NCBI GenBank assembly: GCA_043782545.1
Contig: JAYWAI010000156.1
Span: 1-38,640 of the forward strand
Length of the DNA: 38,640 bases
Reading direction: 5' to 3'
Source: Acidimicrobiia bacterium
Lineage (GTDB): Bacteria; Actinomycetota; Acidimicrobiia; Acidimicrobiales; JBBRKR01
The translations under genes were made by a program, and so were the position numbers. The notes beneath the pieces were generated by a model. That model was not told the origin of the DNA, searched no databases, and saw nothing but the letters and a program-made list of their open reading frames with translations. Below, one piece after another: positions 24,381 to 34,590 of the stretch (its first letter is position 1; every line of letters begins with the position of its first letter).

Positions 24381-26215
24381 GCCGATCGCTCATTGTGGAG
24401 CATCGCGTCGACACATATGGCCCTAGCGCGATGGGCGCGCTTCAATTGGTCTACGGTGACCAGGCCTCGGCGGTTGCCCAACGGGCCATGGCCATCGTGA
24501 CCGCTGCAGCCAGCGAGCGAGTTCAACGGCTTTGGGACCGCGACCTCGAGCGCGACCCGCACTGGTTTTGCGACCCCAACACCATTGGGTACGTCTGTTA
24601 CGTCGATCGATTTTCTGAGACCCTCGCTGGCGTTTCGGACCACATTGGGTATCTCGAAGAGCTTGGTGTCACCTATCTCCATCTCATGCCGATTCTCAAG
24701 TCGCGCCCCGGCGAAAGCGACGGTGGTTACGCGGTGATGTCGTATGACGCTGTGGACCCATCGATCGGGTCGATCGACGACCTGCCAGCGCTGGCAGAGT
24801 CGCTTCATGATCACAGCATCAGTCTCTGCATCGACCTTGTACTTAACCACACGGCGAAGGAGCATGAGTGGGCAGTGCGCGCCGTAGCGGGCGACGATAA
24901 ATATCGGGCGTACTACCGCATCTTTCCCGATCGTGAGTTGCCCGATCTGTATGAACAGACGCTTCGGGAGATCTTTCCTGATTTCGCTCCAGGCAGCTTT
25001 TCGCCCGTCGGCGACGAGTGGATTTGGACCACGTTCAACGAATTCCAATGGGACCTGAACTACGAGAACCCAGACGTGTTTTGCGAAATGTTGACGATCA
25101 TGTGCCGACTAGCAAATCTGGGTGTCGATGTGTTCCGGCTTGATGCCGTTCCGTTTTTATGGAAGCGACTTGGTACCGATTGCGAGAATCAACCAGAGGC
25201 CCATCAGATACTCACGGCATTTCGCTCCTGCATGTCCGTAGTGTCGCCCACGTTGGTTTTCAAGGCCGAAGCAATCGTGTCGCCAGAGCTACTGGCGCCC
25301 TACTTAGGTGCTGGCGATCCGCCGCGACATGAGTGCGACATTGCTTACAACAACCAGTTGATGGTGTTGCTGTGGAGCAGTCTGGCCACGCGTGAAGCTG
25401 GCTTGATGAGCAATGCGCTCGCCCGCATGAACGAACAGCCTCCGGGTACAGCATGGGTTACTTACGCACGGTGTCATGATGACATTGGTTGGGCCATTAC
25501 TGACGACACGGCCCGGTCGGTTGGGTGGGACGGCGCGAGTCATCGCAAGTTTCTATCGGATTTTTACTCCAGCAGTTTCGATGACACGTTTGCCATTGGC
25601 GAGCTCTTTCAGCACAACCCACAGACCGGTGACTCGCGAATCTCCGGTTCTGCGGCAAGTCTTTGCGGTATCGAAAGAGCGATCCTCGACGGCGATGGGG
25701 AGGCCCTTGATCGAGCGATAGCTCGGCTGGAATTGGTGTATGCCGTCATCTATTGCTTTGGCGGAATCCCGTTGGTATACATGGGAGATGAGCTTGGCCT
25801 TGTCAACGACTTGTCCTACCTCGACGATCCGAAATTCGCGGCAGACAACCGGTGGATGCATCGGCCGAAAATGAATTGGACGTTGGCGGCAAAACGGTTG
25901 GAGCCCAGCGGCTTAACACGTCGGCTATTCACTATTTTCGCCGAACTCGGTCGGCAACGCCGTCTCATTGCGGCACTGAACGCGACGGTCGAAACGAAAA
26001 TTTGGGACTCGCCCAACAGCGCGATTTTGAATTTCTCTCGAGTTATAGGCGAACTCGACGTCTTCGCGATGTTGGCCAATTTCGGCGAGGAAGTTGTTCA
26101 GATCGACAACCCACCGTGGCTTGACCGACTTACCGCCGTGAGGTCGTCGGCAGGGGTGCGTGTTGAGGCCAAGTGTGTCGTGATTCCACCGCTCGGTTAC
26201 GCGTGGTTTGCCTAA
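24377..26215 (+). CDS. Amylosucrase-like GH13 (subfamily 4-like) glucosyltransferase
   Basis: Matches amylosucrase signatures as I recall them from the Neisseria and Deinococcus enzymes. These are VYGDQ N-domain, GYVCYVDRF..TL.GV...I.YL.ELGVTYLHLMP, DGGYAV.SYD.VDP..G, NHT..EHEWA, FRLDAVPFLWK (nucleophile), FKAEAIV (acid/base) and YARCHDDIGW. The frame has no canonical start upstream of GTG 24377. Confidence 0.85.
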   Translation: MSRSLIVEHRVDTYGPSAMGALQLVYGDQASAVAQRAMAIVTAAASERVQRLWDRDLERDPHWFCDPNTIGYVCYVDRFSETLAGVSDHIGYLEELGVTYLHLMPILKSRPGESDGGYAVMSYDAVDPSIGSIDDLPALAESLHDHSISLCIDLVLNHTAKEHEWAVRAVAGDDKYRAYYRIFPDRELPDLYEQTLREIFPDFAPGSFSPVGDEWIWTTFNEFQWDLNYENPDVFCEMLTIMCRLANLGVDVFRLDAVPFLWKRLGTDCENQPEAHQILTAFRSCMSVVSPTLVFKAEAIVSPELLAPYLGAGDPPRHECDIAYNNQLMVLLWSSLATREAGLMSNALARMNEQPPGTAWVTYARCHDDIGWAITDDTARSVGWDGASHRKFLSDFYSSSFDDTFAIGELFQHNPQTGDSRISGSAASLCGIERAILDGDGEALDRAIARLELVYAVIYCFGGIPLVYMGDELGLVNDLSYLDDPKFAADNRWMHRPKMNWTLAAKRLEPSGLTRRLFTIFAELGRQRRLIAALNATVETKIWDSPNSAILNFSRVIGELDVFAMLANFGEEVVQIDNPPWLDRLTAVRSSAGVRVEAKCVVIPPLGYAWFA

Positions 26216-27439
26216 ATGACGTCGTTCACCTTCCGACCCACAGCGGTGACCGACCAGGTGGCACTCGTCAATCTTCCTTGGCATGTGCCCCTGAATCAAT
26301 GGCCCAACCAATCGCCAATCGCCCTCGGGGAACATCGTCACGTGGTGAGATTTATCAGGATCAGCAACGACTACGTCGTGTGCAAGGAGCTTCCTGACGA
26401 GTTGGTGTTTCGGGAATATCGGCTGCTGACATCGTTGCGCGAGAGGAGCCTGCCGGTCGTCACTTTGATTGGTGGAGCAACGGGACGACTTGACGAGTTT
26501 GGGCGACCTCTCGGAGGCGTTTTGATGACGAGAATGCTTGGCTACGCATTGCCTTATCGCCGCCTATTCAGCGGGCCGAGTTCGCACATGCTGCGGGTCC
26601 GGCTCGTAGATGCGCTGGCCCTATTGGTGACACGACTTCATCTCGCTGGCTTTTTCTGGGGCGACTGTTCCCTGAACAACGCATTGTTTCGACGTGACGC
26701 CGGAGCTCTCCGGGCATATGTTGTTGACACAGAAACAGGCGAACTGCACAAAACGCTGTCGACTGGGCAACGAATGTTTGATATTTCGATCGCTGTCGAA
26801 AATGTGGCAGGTGGATTGCTCGATTTGCAGGGAGCGGGGGTACTTCCTCTGGATGTTGATCCCTTCCAAGTCGCCACCGATTTCGAGAAGCGCTGTCATG
26901 ACCTTTGGGAGCAAGTGACCCGTACCGATGAGATAGTGGGCGGCGATCTTTGGCGGGTGCAAAGCCGTATCGAACAGTTGAATCACCTGGGATTCGACGC
27001 CGAAGAGATGGAAGTGCGCCTGGAGTCTGACGGCCACATTCGTGTGCGCCCGACGTCCGTTGAGGAAGGCCACCATCGTCGCCGATTGCTCAGATTGTTG
27101 GGCATCCAAGCCCATGAAAATCAGGCAAAACGGATCTTGAATGACATTGAGACCTATCGCCAATATCACAGCCAGATGGAGGCAATGCCTGAAGCCGTGG
27201 GCGCCGTGCGGTGGCTTGCCGAACGTTGGGAGCCGGTGCTGGCGCTAGTCCCTCATGATCGTCAGGTCGAACCCGCCCAGTTCTTCCACGAGGTGCTTGA
27301 CCATTGTTGGTTTATGTCCGAGCGACAGGGTAGTGACGTCGGTATGGAAGTGGCTGCGGCAGACTATTTGCGACAGCGTGACGAGTCCGCTATCGAAGCA
27401 ACCGTAGAATCGGGAAACTATTTTGGCGAAGGAGCGTAG
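26216..27439 (+). CDS. Protein-kinase-fold (Kdo/WaaP/RIO-like) protein with a DUF4032-type C-terminal domain
   Basis: Putative beta3 Lys in VVCKEL, alphaC Glu in REY. Catalytic-loop-like LHLAGFFWGDCSLNNALF (HxD....N equivalent). Metal-binding YVVDTETGE (DFG equivalent). The C-terminal EPAQFFHEVLDHCWFMSERQG matches my memory of DUF4032. ATG 26216 directly abuts the amylosucrase TAA. Confidence 0.7.
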   Translation: MTSFTFRPTAVTDQVALVNLPWHVPLNQWPNQSPIALGEHRHVVRFIRISNDYVVCKELPDELVFREYRLLTSLRERSLPVVTLIGGATGRLDEFGRPLGGVLMTRMLGYALPYRRLFSGPSSHMLRVRLVDALALLVTRLHLAGFFWGDCSLNNALFRRDAGALRAYVVDTETGELHKTLSTGQRMFDISIAVENVAGGLLDLQGAGVLPLDVDPFQVATDFEKRCHDLWEQVTRTDEIVGGDLWRVQSRIEQLNHLGFDAEEMEVRLESDGHIRVRPTSVEEGHHRRRLLRLLGIQAHENQAKRILNDIETYRQYHSQMEAMPEAVGAVRWLAERWEPVLALVPHDRQVEPAQFFHEVLDHCWFMSERQGSDVGMEVAAADYLRQRDESAIEATVESGNYFGEGA

Positions 27440-27445
27440 AGAGCA

Positions 27446-28483
27446 TTGACAACCATTTCCGACGTAGCAGAGCTCGCTGGCGTTGGCGTGGGAACGGTCT
27501 CGCGTGTCATCAACGGCAGTCATCAAGTCAGCGACGCAGCCCGAAAACGCGTCATGAACGCCATAGAAAGACTCGGTTACAAGCCAACCCGAACTGGGGG
27601 TGCAAATCGGAAGCGCCACGGTCTTGTTGGTGTGGTCTTGCCCTACTTTGACCAACCGTCCTTTTATCAGCGGGTTCGTGGCATCGCTCACGTTCTCCAG
27701 GATTACGATCTTGAAATTGTTTTATATACAGTCGATTCGCCCGACCGTGCGCGGTTGCGTCTGGCGTCACTTCCCAACGATCAACTCGACGGGCTTATCG
27801 TGATCTCATTGCCGATCAGCGAGGAGGTGGGCAACCGCATGGCTAGAGCGCGATGCCCTGTCGTGCTCGTCGACTCGGAACATGCCAACCTACCGAGCAT
27901 TGTGATCGACGATCGCCTGGGTGGGCAGGTCGCCACCGAGCATTTGGTGCAGCTTGGCCACGAGCGCGTTGCCTTTCTGGGATCACCCGCGCGCACCCCA
28001 TTTGGGTTCACCGCGAGCCCACGGCGGGAGCAGGGCTACCTTGATGTGCTCAACCGCGCTGGTCTTGAGGCGCCGCCGGAGTACCGAAAACTCGGTACGC
28101 ATATACGAAGTGTTGCTGGGCAGTTCGCGGCCGAATTGTTGTCGTTGCCACAGCCTCCCACCGGCGTCGTTGTAGCGTCCGATCTGCAAGCCCTCGGCGT
28201 GATCGAGGCGGCCAGATCAGTTGGCATTGCCATACCGGAACACTTGTCGGTGATTGGGTTTGACGACATTGATGCCGCCGCCGACAGTGCGTTGACGACG
28301 GTGCGTCAGCCGCTTGAATCGTCTGGTGAACGTGGTGCTGAAATCATTGCGACCGCGCTTGCGAACTCAACGAAGCCGACGCCGATCGTGGAGACGTTGC
28401 CTCTGGAATTGGTGGTTCGGGCTACGACTGGCCCCTATTTGTCGGTGGCGAAAACTCGTAAAAAACGCGCCCCGGTTCGCTAG
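27446..28483 (+). CDS. LacI-family transcriptional regulator
   Basis: N-terminal [28 protein letters not shown]...R.RV..AIE.LGYKP, followed by a periplasmic-binding-protein-like sugar domain. TTG start lies 6 nt after the upstream stop, with GAAGGAG at 27428-27434. Confidence 0.9.
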   Translation: MTTISDVAELAGVGVGTVSRVINGSHQVSDAARKRVMNAIERLGYKPTRTGGANRKRHGLVGVVLPYFDQPSFYQRVRGIAHVLQDYDLEIVLYTVDSPDRARLRLASLPNDQLDGLIVISLPISEEVGNRMARARCPVVLVDSEHANLPSIVIDDRLGGQVATEHLVQLGHERVAFLGSPARTPFGFTASPRREQGYLDVLNRAGLEAPPEYRKLGTHIRSVAGQFAAELLSLPQPPTGVVVASDLQALGVIEAARSVGIAIPEHLSVIGFDDIDAAADSALTTVRQPLESSGERGAEIIATALANSTKPTPIVETLPLELVVRATTGPYLSVAKTRKKRAPVR

Positions 28484-29622
28484 CGAATTGCGAAGCCCGA
28501 CTCAGCATCGAAGAGATGAAGGTTGTCGACGTTGATAGCCAAAGTTGCCGATTGTCCGGGGCGCAACTTCGTCGATGGGCCGAGCTTTGCCACGATTGCC
28601 CCGTCGGCTGAAGTATTTTCGGTATTGGACATGTGTACTTGCTTGGCTTGAACCTTGACGTACACAATTACTTCCGATCCGAGGCTTTCTCGGATATCAA
28701 CTTCGCCATTGATCGAATTGAGGTCGCCATCAGCGCACTCGGTGAGATGCTCAGGGCGGACGCCAACCACGACTTCTTTGCCAATGAAACCAGCAAGGTC
28801 GCGGTGTTCAGCGAGGTAGCGAGGCGGCAGCGTCAATGTGACACCGCCGAGAGTGACTGTTGCCATGCCGTTTGCAATCGATAACGCGCCGGATAGCAAG
28901 TTCATTTGCGGCGAGCCAATGAACGCGGCAACGAACGTGTTCTGAGGATTGTTGTACAACTCTTCCGGTGTGTCGATCTGCTGGAGGACACCTTTTGACA
29001 TCACCGCGACGCGGTCGCCCATGGTCATTGCTTCAATTTGATCGTGAGTCACGTACACAGTGGTGACATTGAGAGTGTGCTGCAGTCGGGAAATTTCTGC
29101 GCGCATTTGTACTCGGAGTTTCGCGTCGAGGTTCGACAGCGGTTCGTCCATGAGAAACGCCTGGGGCTGGCGCACGATGGCGCGACCCATGGCGACTCGC
29201 TGGCGTTGGCCGCCCGACAAACGTCCGGGTTTGCGATCGAGATTGTCGGTAAGTTCCAAAATCCGAGCGGCTTCGTCCACCCGTCGTTTGATCTCGTCTT
29301 TGGGGAGTTTGCGCAACTTGAGGGGGAAGGCAATGTTGTCGCGAACCGAGAGATGTGGGTACAGCGCATAGGACTGAAACACCATGGCGATGTCACGATC
29401 TTTGGGCTCAAGGTCGTTGACCCGTAGGTCGCCGATCAAGAGATCGCCGCTCGAGATCGCTTCCAACCCGGCGATCATGCGCAAAGCCGTTGATTTGCCA
29501 CATCCTGACGGGCCGACGAGCACAAGGAACTCGCCGTCCTGAATTTCGAGCGACAGCTGATCTACGGCTCGAAAGCCGTTGTCGTACACCTTGTCGATGT
29601 TCTGCAGCGTGATATTGGCCAT
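28480..29622 (-). CDS. Sugar ABC transporter ATP-binding protein (MsiK/MalK/UgpC-like)
   Basis: [13 protein letters not shown].., Walker [36 protein letters not shown], and a C-terminal MalK-type regulatory domain. ATG 29622 has GGGGGA upstream. The 90-aa N-terminal extension in the ORF track is spurious. Confidence 0.93.
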   Translation of the reverse strand: MANITLQNIDKVYDNGFRAVDQLSLEIQDGEFLVLVGPSGCGKSTALRMIAGLEAISSGDLLIGDLRVNDLEPKDRDIAMVFQSYALYPHLSVRDNIAFPLKLRKLPKDEIKRRVDEAARILELTDNLDRKPGRLSGGQRQRVAMGRAIVRQPQAFLMDEPLSNLDAKLRVQMRAEISRLQHTLNVTTVYVTHDQIEAMTMGDRVAVMSKGVLQQIDTPEELYNNPQNTFVAAFIGSPQMNLLSGALSIANGMATVTLGGVTLTLPPRYLAEHRDLAGFIGKEVVVGVRPEHLTECADGDLNSINGEVDIRESLGSEVIVYVKVQAKQVHMSNTENTSADGAIVAKLGPSTKLRPGQSATLAINVDNLHLFDAESGFAIR

Positions 29623-29642
29623 GTAGTCCCCCATAAGGCTCA

Positions 29643-29662
29643 AAACTCCGTGGAAGGAGTTT
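29643..29662. promoter_or_regulatory. Inverted repeat AAACTCC-GTGGAA-GGAGTTT upstream of the MsiK-like gene; carries one CGTGGAA core
   Basis: Perfect 7-bp arms at 29643-29649 and 29656-29662. CGTGGAA at 29649-29655. Confidence 0.4.
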
Positions 29663-29725
29663 CTCAAATTTCTTTGAAGAGATCTTCCCATAGTCGAAAC
29701 CTCGTGGTAATGTTCGGCCAGTAAT

Positions 29726-29766
29726 TTCCACGAAATTCCACGATGTTTCCAAACGTGGCGTTTCCA
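29726..29766. promoter_or_regulatory. Array of direct TTCCA(CG) repeats with about 10-bp phasing in the divergent ABC-transporter promoter region
   Basis: TTCCACG at 29726-29732 and 29736-29742. TTCCA again at 29747-29751 and 29762-29766. TTTCGTGGAA (reverse strand, 29726-29735) is identical to 24221-24230. CCACG-11 nt-CGTGG inverted repeat at 29738-29758. Confidence 0.5.
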
Positions 29767-29783
29767 GTAGCGAAAAAACACCC

Positions 29784-29802
29784 GCTCAGCAACTGGCTGA
29801 GC
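29784..29802 (+). promoter_or_regulatory. Stem-loop GCTCAGC-AACTG-GCTGAGC in the 5' region of the binding-protein gene
   Basis: Perfect 7-bp stem, 20 nt upstream of ATG 29823 and just before the GGGGGA Shine-Dalgarno. Confidence 0.35.
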
Positions 29803-29822
29803 AACAGACTTCAGGGGGATAC

Positions 29823-31229
29823 ATGAAATACAAAGTAAGAGTGGCTGCTGCCTTGGCGCTGACCGCACTGGTCGCCGTCGGTTGCAGTTCAACTACGAAG
29901 GCAAATGCGCCTACGACCACGGCGAAGGCCGGTGACACCACGACGACGGCGAAGGCTGGCGATGCGACGACAACTGCAAGCGCAGGTGGTGCCGCGACGG
30001 CCGATGGCCAAATCAAATGCACACAGCAGTACGCCGGCAAGACAATCGAAATCATGTCCCCTGGGCGTGGCGACGATGTCAAGCCCACGATCGCCGCGTT
30101 TGTGCCGTTCGAAAAGTGCACCGGTGCGAAGATCAACTGGAACGGTACCGACCAATTTGAGAGCGACATTAAAGTCCGCATCGACGGCGGCAACTACCCA
30201 GATCTTATTGACTTCCCGCAGCCCGGCCTCATGAAGAGCCTGGCCGCCAAGGGCAAGCTCAAGGAACTGCCTGCAGATCTGGGCAAGAAGTTGACCACGG
30301 ATTACGCCGCAGGTTGGGATGTCCTTGGTTCGCTCGACGGCAAGGCATATGCCATCCCCGAATCAGCCAACGTGAAATCGTTGGTGTGGTATAGCCCGGC
30401 TGACTTCAAGGCCAAGGGTTACACCATTCCTACAACGATCGATGAGCTCAAGGCGCTGTCAGACAAGATTGTCGCCGACGGTGCGATTCCGTGGTGTGCG
30501 GGTATCGAGTCGGGTACCGCAACTGGCTGGGCCGTGACCGACTGGTTCGAAGATTTCATGCTTCGTGTCAACGGTGGCGATGTCTATGACCAATGGGTAT
30601 CCCACAAGATCCCGTTCAACGATCCCAAGGTTGTTGCCGTGGCTGATCAAGTGGCCTCGTTCCTCAAAAATCCCAAGTATTTCGGTGGCGATGACGCCGT
30701 CAAGGCCATTGCCACGACGAGCTTCAAAGAGGGCGGCTTGCCCATCTTGTCCAAGAAGTGCTTCATGCATCGCCAGGCCAGCTTCTACTCCTCGATGTTC
30801 CCCAAGGGCACGACATTTGGTGAAGCCGGTCAGGTCAGCTTCTTCTACCTGCCCACGCTGAAGGCTGGTGACAAGAAGGTCATGCTGGTCGCCGGCGACG
30901 TCTACTCACTTGGTCACCCCGACAAGCCAGAAGCTGTCGATGCATTGCGCTACATGGCATCGTCAGACTTCGACAACGCCCGTCTTGCAGCTGGCGATCA
31001 TGGTCTTTCACCGTTGAAGAACTTCGATCTAGCCAACTACTCAGACCCACTCGTGAAGTCGTTTGGTGAGCTCCTCAAGAGCGCCGAAGTTGTACGTTTC
31101 GATGGATCGGACTTGATGCCAGGGGCCGTGGGCACCGGCACGTTCTGGAAAGAAGCAACGGCGTGGGTCATTGGTGGCAGCACCTCTGACATGCTCGGAA
31201 ACATCGAAAAGACTTGGCCAAAGGCCTAG
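29823..31229 (+). CDS. Sugar ABC transporter substrate-binding lipoprotein (family 1 SBP)
   Basis: Signal peptide with lipobox LVAVGC. Thr-rich linker encoded by 3 imperfect 27-bp tandem repeats (29913-29993: [27 protein letters not shown]). SBP_bac_1-like body with abundant W/Y/F/K. GGGGGA SD. Confidence 0.9.
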   Translation: MKYKVRVAAALALTALVAVGCSSTTKANAPTTTAKAGDTTTTAKAGDATTTASAGGAATADGQIKCTQQYAGKTIEIMSPGRGDDVKPTIAAFVPFEKCTGAKINWNGTDQFESDIKVRIDGGNYPDLIDFPQPGLMKSLAAKGKLKELPADLGKKLTTDYAAGWDVLGSLDGKAYAIPESANVKSLVWYSPADFKAKGYTIPTTIDELKALSDKIVADGAIPWCAGIESGTATGWAVTDWFEDFMLRVNGGDVYDQWVSHKIPFNDPKVVAVADQVASFLKNPKYFGGDDAVKAIATTSFKEGGLPILSKKCFMHRQASFYSSMFPKGTTFGEAGQVSFFYLPTLKAGDKKVMLVAGDVYSLGHPDKPEAVDALRYMASSDFDNARLAAGDHGLSPLKNFDLANYSDPLVKSFGELLKSAEVVRFDGSDLMPGAVGTGTFWKEATAWVIGGSTSDMLGNIEKTWPKA

Positions 31230-31256
31230 CCAATTTGCAGATAGGAAGTGTTGCAA

Positions 31257-31290
31257 CTCGCCCGGATGACCAAATGGTTGTCCGGGCGAG
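31257..31290 (+). promoter_or_regulatory. Strong intercistronic stem-loop after the binding-protein gene (CTCGCCCGGA...TCCGGGCGAG)
   Basis: Perfect 10-bp GC-rich stem plus an inner ACCA/TGGT extension. It lies 28 nt after the stop. No U-tract follows, so it is not a canonical intrinsic terminator. Confidence 0.6.
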
Positions 31291-31356
31291 TCGCTGTTCG
31301 TAGAGTTAGTGATCGGTTGAGCTTGAGCCGCCGATTTACCGTTGTTGGGGGATCAC

Positions 31357-32370
31357 ATGGGGGAACTGTTTTCCGCACTCGTTTCGATGCTGGTCGCCGT
31401 AGCGGCGCTCGGGGCGTTTGTCGTGTTGTTGTACGGGTTGGCGCACTTGTTGCCCCGCCGAGCTCGAGAAGGCGGCAGAGTCGTCTCTTTTCTGTTCCCC
31501 GCAATACTTTGCCTCGTGGTGGGTTTATTCGTACCGGCGATCAAGACGATCTGGGCCAGTATGTTTACCGACCAGGACAAACCCAAATTTGCTTGGTTTG
31601 GGCAGTACGTCGACATCTATCAAACCAAAGGTTCGCGCGAGGTCGTATTTAACAGCATGACATGGGTGGTGCTGGGCACTCTCGTGACCACTATCACGGG
31701 ACTTGCTGTAGCTCGCTACACCGACGGCATGCGAGGCGAGCGAGCCATGCGCTCAGTGATCTTCATTCCGGGTGCGATTTCGTTGGCGGGCGCTGGCATC
31801 ATTTGGAAGTTCGTTTACGCGGTGGCGCCGAGCAATGTTGGCTTGCTCAATCAGGTCACCAAGGTCATCCCGGGGCTGCCAGCCAACATGGGCGGCAACG
31901 GCACACGCAACTGGCTCCTCAATCAAGAGTTCGGTGGCGTGAATTTTCACTTCAATACTTTGCTCTTGATCGTCATTTTTATTTGGGTGTCGACGGGGTT
32001 TGCCACTGTCGTGTTTTCGGCGGCGATTAAGGGTGTGCCGGATTCACTCATTGAGGCGGCCAAGATCGATGGCGCTACCAACTCACAAGCATTTTACAAA
32101 GTGACGTTGCCGTACATTCGGGCGACAATCGTGACGGTGGCGACGACGACAACAATCGCGGGGCTCAAGGCGTACGACATCGTGGCCGCGACAACGGGTG
32201 GTCGCTTTCACACCAGCACCATCGCCAACGAGTTTTTCGATGTTTTCTTTACGCAGAATCGTGACGGTAATGGCTCTGCGCTTGCGGTAGTGATGTTTGT
32301 GTTAGTTATTCCCATCGTGGTGTTCAATCGTCGAGCCCAACGACGAGCTGAGGAGATGATCGGCGCATGA
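31357..32370 (+). CDS. Sugar ABC transporter permease (MalF/UgpA-like)
   Basis: 6 TM helices; EAA-type loop IEAAKIDGATNSQAFYKVTLPYI. ATG 31357 with GGGGGA 5 nt upstream is preferred over TTG 31342. Confidence 0.92.
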   Translation: MGELFSALVSMLVAVAALGAFVVLLYGLAHLLPRRAREGGRVVSFLFPAILCLVVGLFVPAIKTIWASMFTDQDKPKFAWFGQYVDIYQTKGSREVVFNSMTWVVLGTLVTTITGLAVARYTDGMRGERAMRSVIFIPGAISLAGAGIIWKFVYAVAPSNVGLLNQVTKVIPGLPANMGGNGTRNWLLNQEFGGVNFHFNTLLLIVIFIWVSTGFATVVFSAAIKGVPDSLIEAAKIDGATNSQAFYKVTLPYIRATIVTVATTTTIAGLKAYDIVAATTGGRFHTSTIANEFFDVFFTQNRDGNGSALAVVMFVLVIPIVVFNRRAQRRAEEMIGA

Positions 32371-33293
32371 TTGAAACTGTGGAGCTAACAACTGAGCCCG
32401 TTGGGCGTTCGGTCAGCGTGGCGTTGTCGAGCAAGACCGGCAAAGTCGTCGTTTGCGTTTTGGTGTTCTTTTGGACCATTCCGACGTTTGGCTTGCTCGT
32501 GTCGTCGGTGCGACCGGAGAAAGAAGTGAAGACGACGGGTTGGTGGACGGCTTTTCTGCGACCGAAGTTCACCCTGAGTAACTACAGCAAGGTGTGGAAT
32601 TCAGCGGCCGGTTCAGGCGACGGTCTGGGCCACTATTTTTTGAACTCCTTTAAGATTGCTATTCCCAGCACGGTGATTCCAATTTCGATTGCCGCATTGG
32701 CTGCATACGCGTTTAGTTGGATGCGCTTCAAAGGACGCGATTGGTTGTATATCGGGGTTATTTGCCTCCTCGCCGTACCATTGCAAATGGCCCTCATCCC
32801 CGTGTTGCAACTCAACACGCATGGGGCTCACATTGGTTCGATCCCGATTATTCCCGCGCTGGGTTTGCAAGACTCGATCGTGTTGGTGTGGATGGCGCAC
32901 ACGTTCTTCGGTATGCCGTTCGCCATTTTCATATTGCGGAACTTCATCTCGGCACTGCCGTCCGAGCTCATTGAGGCAGCTCGTGTCGACGGTGCTGGCC
33001 ACCTTACGGTATTTCGCAAACTCGTACTGCCGCTGTCGATTCCGGCGATTGCTTCATTGGCGATATTCCAATTTATGTGGGTCTGGAACGACCTTCTCAT
33101 CGGCAGGCTTTTCGGTGGTTCGAAAAATCTTCCGATCATTGGCAAACTCGTGGAGCTGGCAGGGACACGCGGTCAAGATTGGCACTTGTTGACTGCTGGC
33201 GCGTTTGTGGCCATGGCGGTGCCGCTCGTGGTGTTCTTTAGCTTGCAGCGGTTTTTTGTGCGCGGTCTTTTGGCTGGAGCTGTGAAGGGCTAA
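32367..33293 (+). CDS. Sugar ABC transporter permease (MalG/UgpE-like)
   Basis: EAA loop IEAARVDGAGHLTVFRKLVLPLS; 6 TM helices. Its start overlaps the upstream stop (ATGA). Confidence 0.92.
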   Translation: MIETVELTTEPVGRSVSVALSSKTGKVVVCVLVFFWTIPTFGLLVSSVRPEKEVKTTGWWTAFLRPKFTLSNYSKVWNSAAGSGDGLGHYFLNSFKIAIPSTVIPISIAALAAYAFSWMRFKGRDWLYIGVICLLAVPLQMALIPVLQLNTHGAHIGSIPIIPALGLQDSIVLVWMAHTFFGMPFAIFILRNFISALPSELIEAARVDGAGHLTVFRKLVLPLSIPAIASLAIFQFMWVWNDLLIGRLFGGSKNLPIIGKLVELAGTRGQDWHLLTAGAFVAMAVPLVVFFSLQRFFVRGLLAGAVKG

Positions 33294-33307
33294 CTCGGCG
33301 CGTCGGC

Positions 33308-34510
33308 CTACAGCGATACTGGTTTGCGGCCCAACGAAATGGGCGCAGATTCCGGGAGATCCATGCGATTCGTGCAGATCGACATTTGCGCGGGAGGCAC
33401 GGCCTCGCTCACGATGAGTTGGGCAATTTGGCGAAACACCTTGGCCGCCGGCCCATCGCCTGCTAACGATACGGGTTCGCCGGAGTCGCCGCCGGCCGCC
33501 ACTGCGGGCTCGAGCGGCACTTGGCCAAGCAAGGGCACGCCGATTTCGTCGGCGAGAGCCTGGCCGCCACCGGTACCAAAAAGGGCGTACGTTTCGCCGT
33601 GGTCGCATGTGAATGCGCTCATATTCTCGATCACGCCGGCAATGCGCAGGAACGACCGCCTCGCCATGTCGGCGGCACGCACTGCCACCTTTTGGGCGGC
33701 TACTGCAGGTGTCGTGACGATGATCATTTCGGTGCGCGGCAACATGCGGGCTAGGCCCATCTGCACGTCGCCAGTGCCAGGGGGCATATCGATCAAGAGG
33801 TAATCCATTTCGCCCCACCGAACATCGTGGAGGAATTGCTCGACAGCTTTGGCGAGCATGAGGCCGCGCCACATGAGCGCAGTTTCTTCGTCAACCAGGA
33901 AGCCGGTTGATACGACTTTCAACAAGCCGCTACCCACTCGCCGCTCATTTGGAATAATTTTCGGCTTGGAACCTGCGGGTTCTGAAGGGTCGGCGAGGGC
34001 TTCGAGCCGGTCGCTCAATCCAAGCAAGCGGGGCACAGAGAAGCCCCAAATATCGGCGTCCAAAACGCCAATCGTGCGACCCTGCGCGGCCAGCGCAGCA
34101 GCCAAGTTGACGGTGACTGAACTCTTGCCCACACCACCTTTGCCCGACGCGATCGCGATGATTTTGGTCGACGCGGGCACCTGGGTGTCGGCGGCATTTT
34201 GGGCGGCATTCCAGCGCGCCTTGCTCATGACCTCTGAGCGTTGTTCGGCGGTCATCTCGCCCCAGTGAATTTTCACTTTGCCCACGCCGCTGTAGGGCTC
34301 CAGCCGGCTGCGAATGTCCTTCTGGATCTGGCCACGAAGCGGGCAACCAGCAATGGTGAGGGTCACGGTGATTTCGATGTCGCCGGTGGGATGCACAATG
34401 GGCGTGCCGGTGACCATTCCGAGGTCGACCAGGTTACTGCCAAGCTCAGGGTCAATGACCCCGCGCAGCATGTTGATGACGTCATCTGGTGTAGGCAATC
34501 CTTTTGGCAC
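33308..34510 (-). CDS. Mrp/NBP35/ApbC-family Fe-S cluster carrier ATPase with an N-terminal DUF59 domain
   Basis: DUF59 motif VIDPELGSNLVDLGMV. P-loop SGKGGVGKSSVTVNLA, LLIDMPPGTGD. The CxxC-type region is replaced by FTCDHGE. TAATCT lies 6 nt upstream of GTG 34510. Confidence 0.9.
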   Translation of the reverse strand: MPKGLPTPDDVINMLRGVIDPELGSNLVDLGMVTGTPIVHPTGDIEITVTLTIAGCPLRGQIQKDIRSRLEPYSGVGKVKIHWGEMTAEQRSEVMSKARWNAAQNAADTQVPASTKIIAIASGKGGVGKSSVTVNLAAALAAQGRTIGVLDADIWGFSVPRLLGLSDRLEALADPSEPAGSKPKIIPNERRVGSGLLKVVSTGFLVDEETALMWRGLMLAKAVEQFLHDVRWGEMDYLLIDMPPGTGDVQMGLARMLPRTEMIIVTTPAVAAQKVAVRAADMARRSFLRIAGVIENMSAFTCDHGETYALFGTGGGQALADEIGVPLLGQVPLEPAVAAGGDSGEPVSLAGDGPAAKVFRQIAQLIVSEAVPPAQMSICTNRMDLPESAPISLGRKPVSL

Positions 34511-34590
34511 GTAGTGAGATTACCGGGCAAATCCATGTATCCTGCCAGCAACAGAAATTTGCGCGTTAACGCCCCTTGAAGGAGTGCCCC

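Noticed and set aside
29623-29892. 90-aa N-terminal extension of the MsiK-like ORF.
   Set aside because: ABC ATPases of this family start at MANITLQNI.., and that ATG (29622) has a GGGGGA SD. The extension is Arg/Cys-rich nonsense and would cross the divergent promoter and the start of the binding-protein gene.
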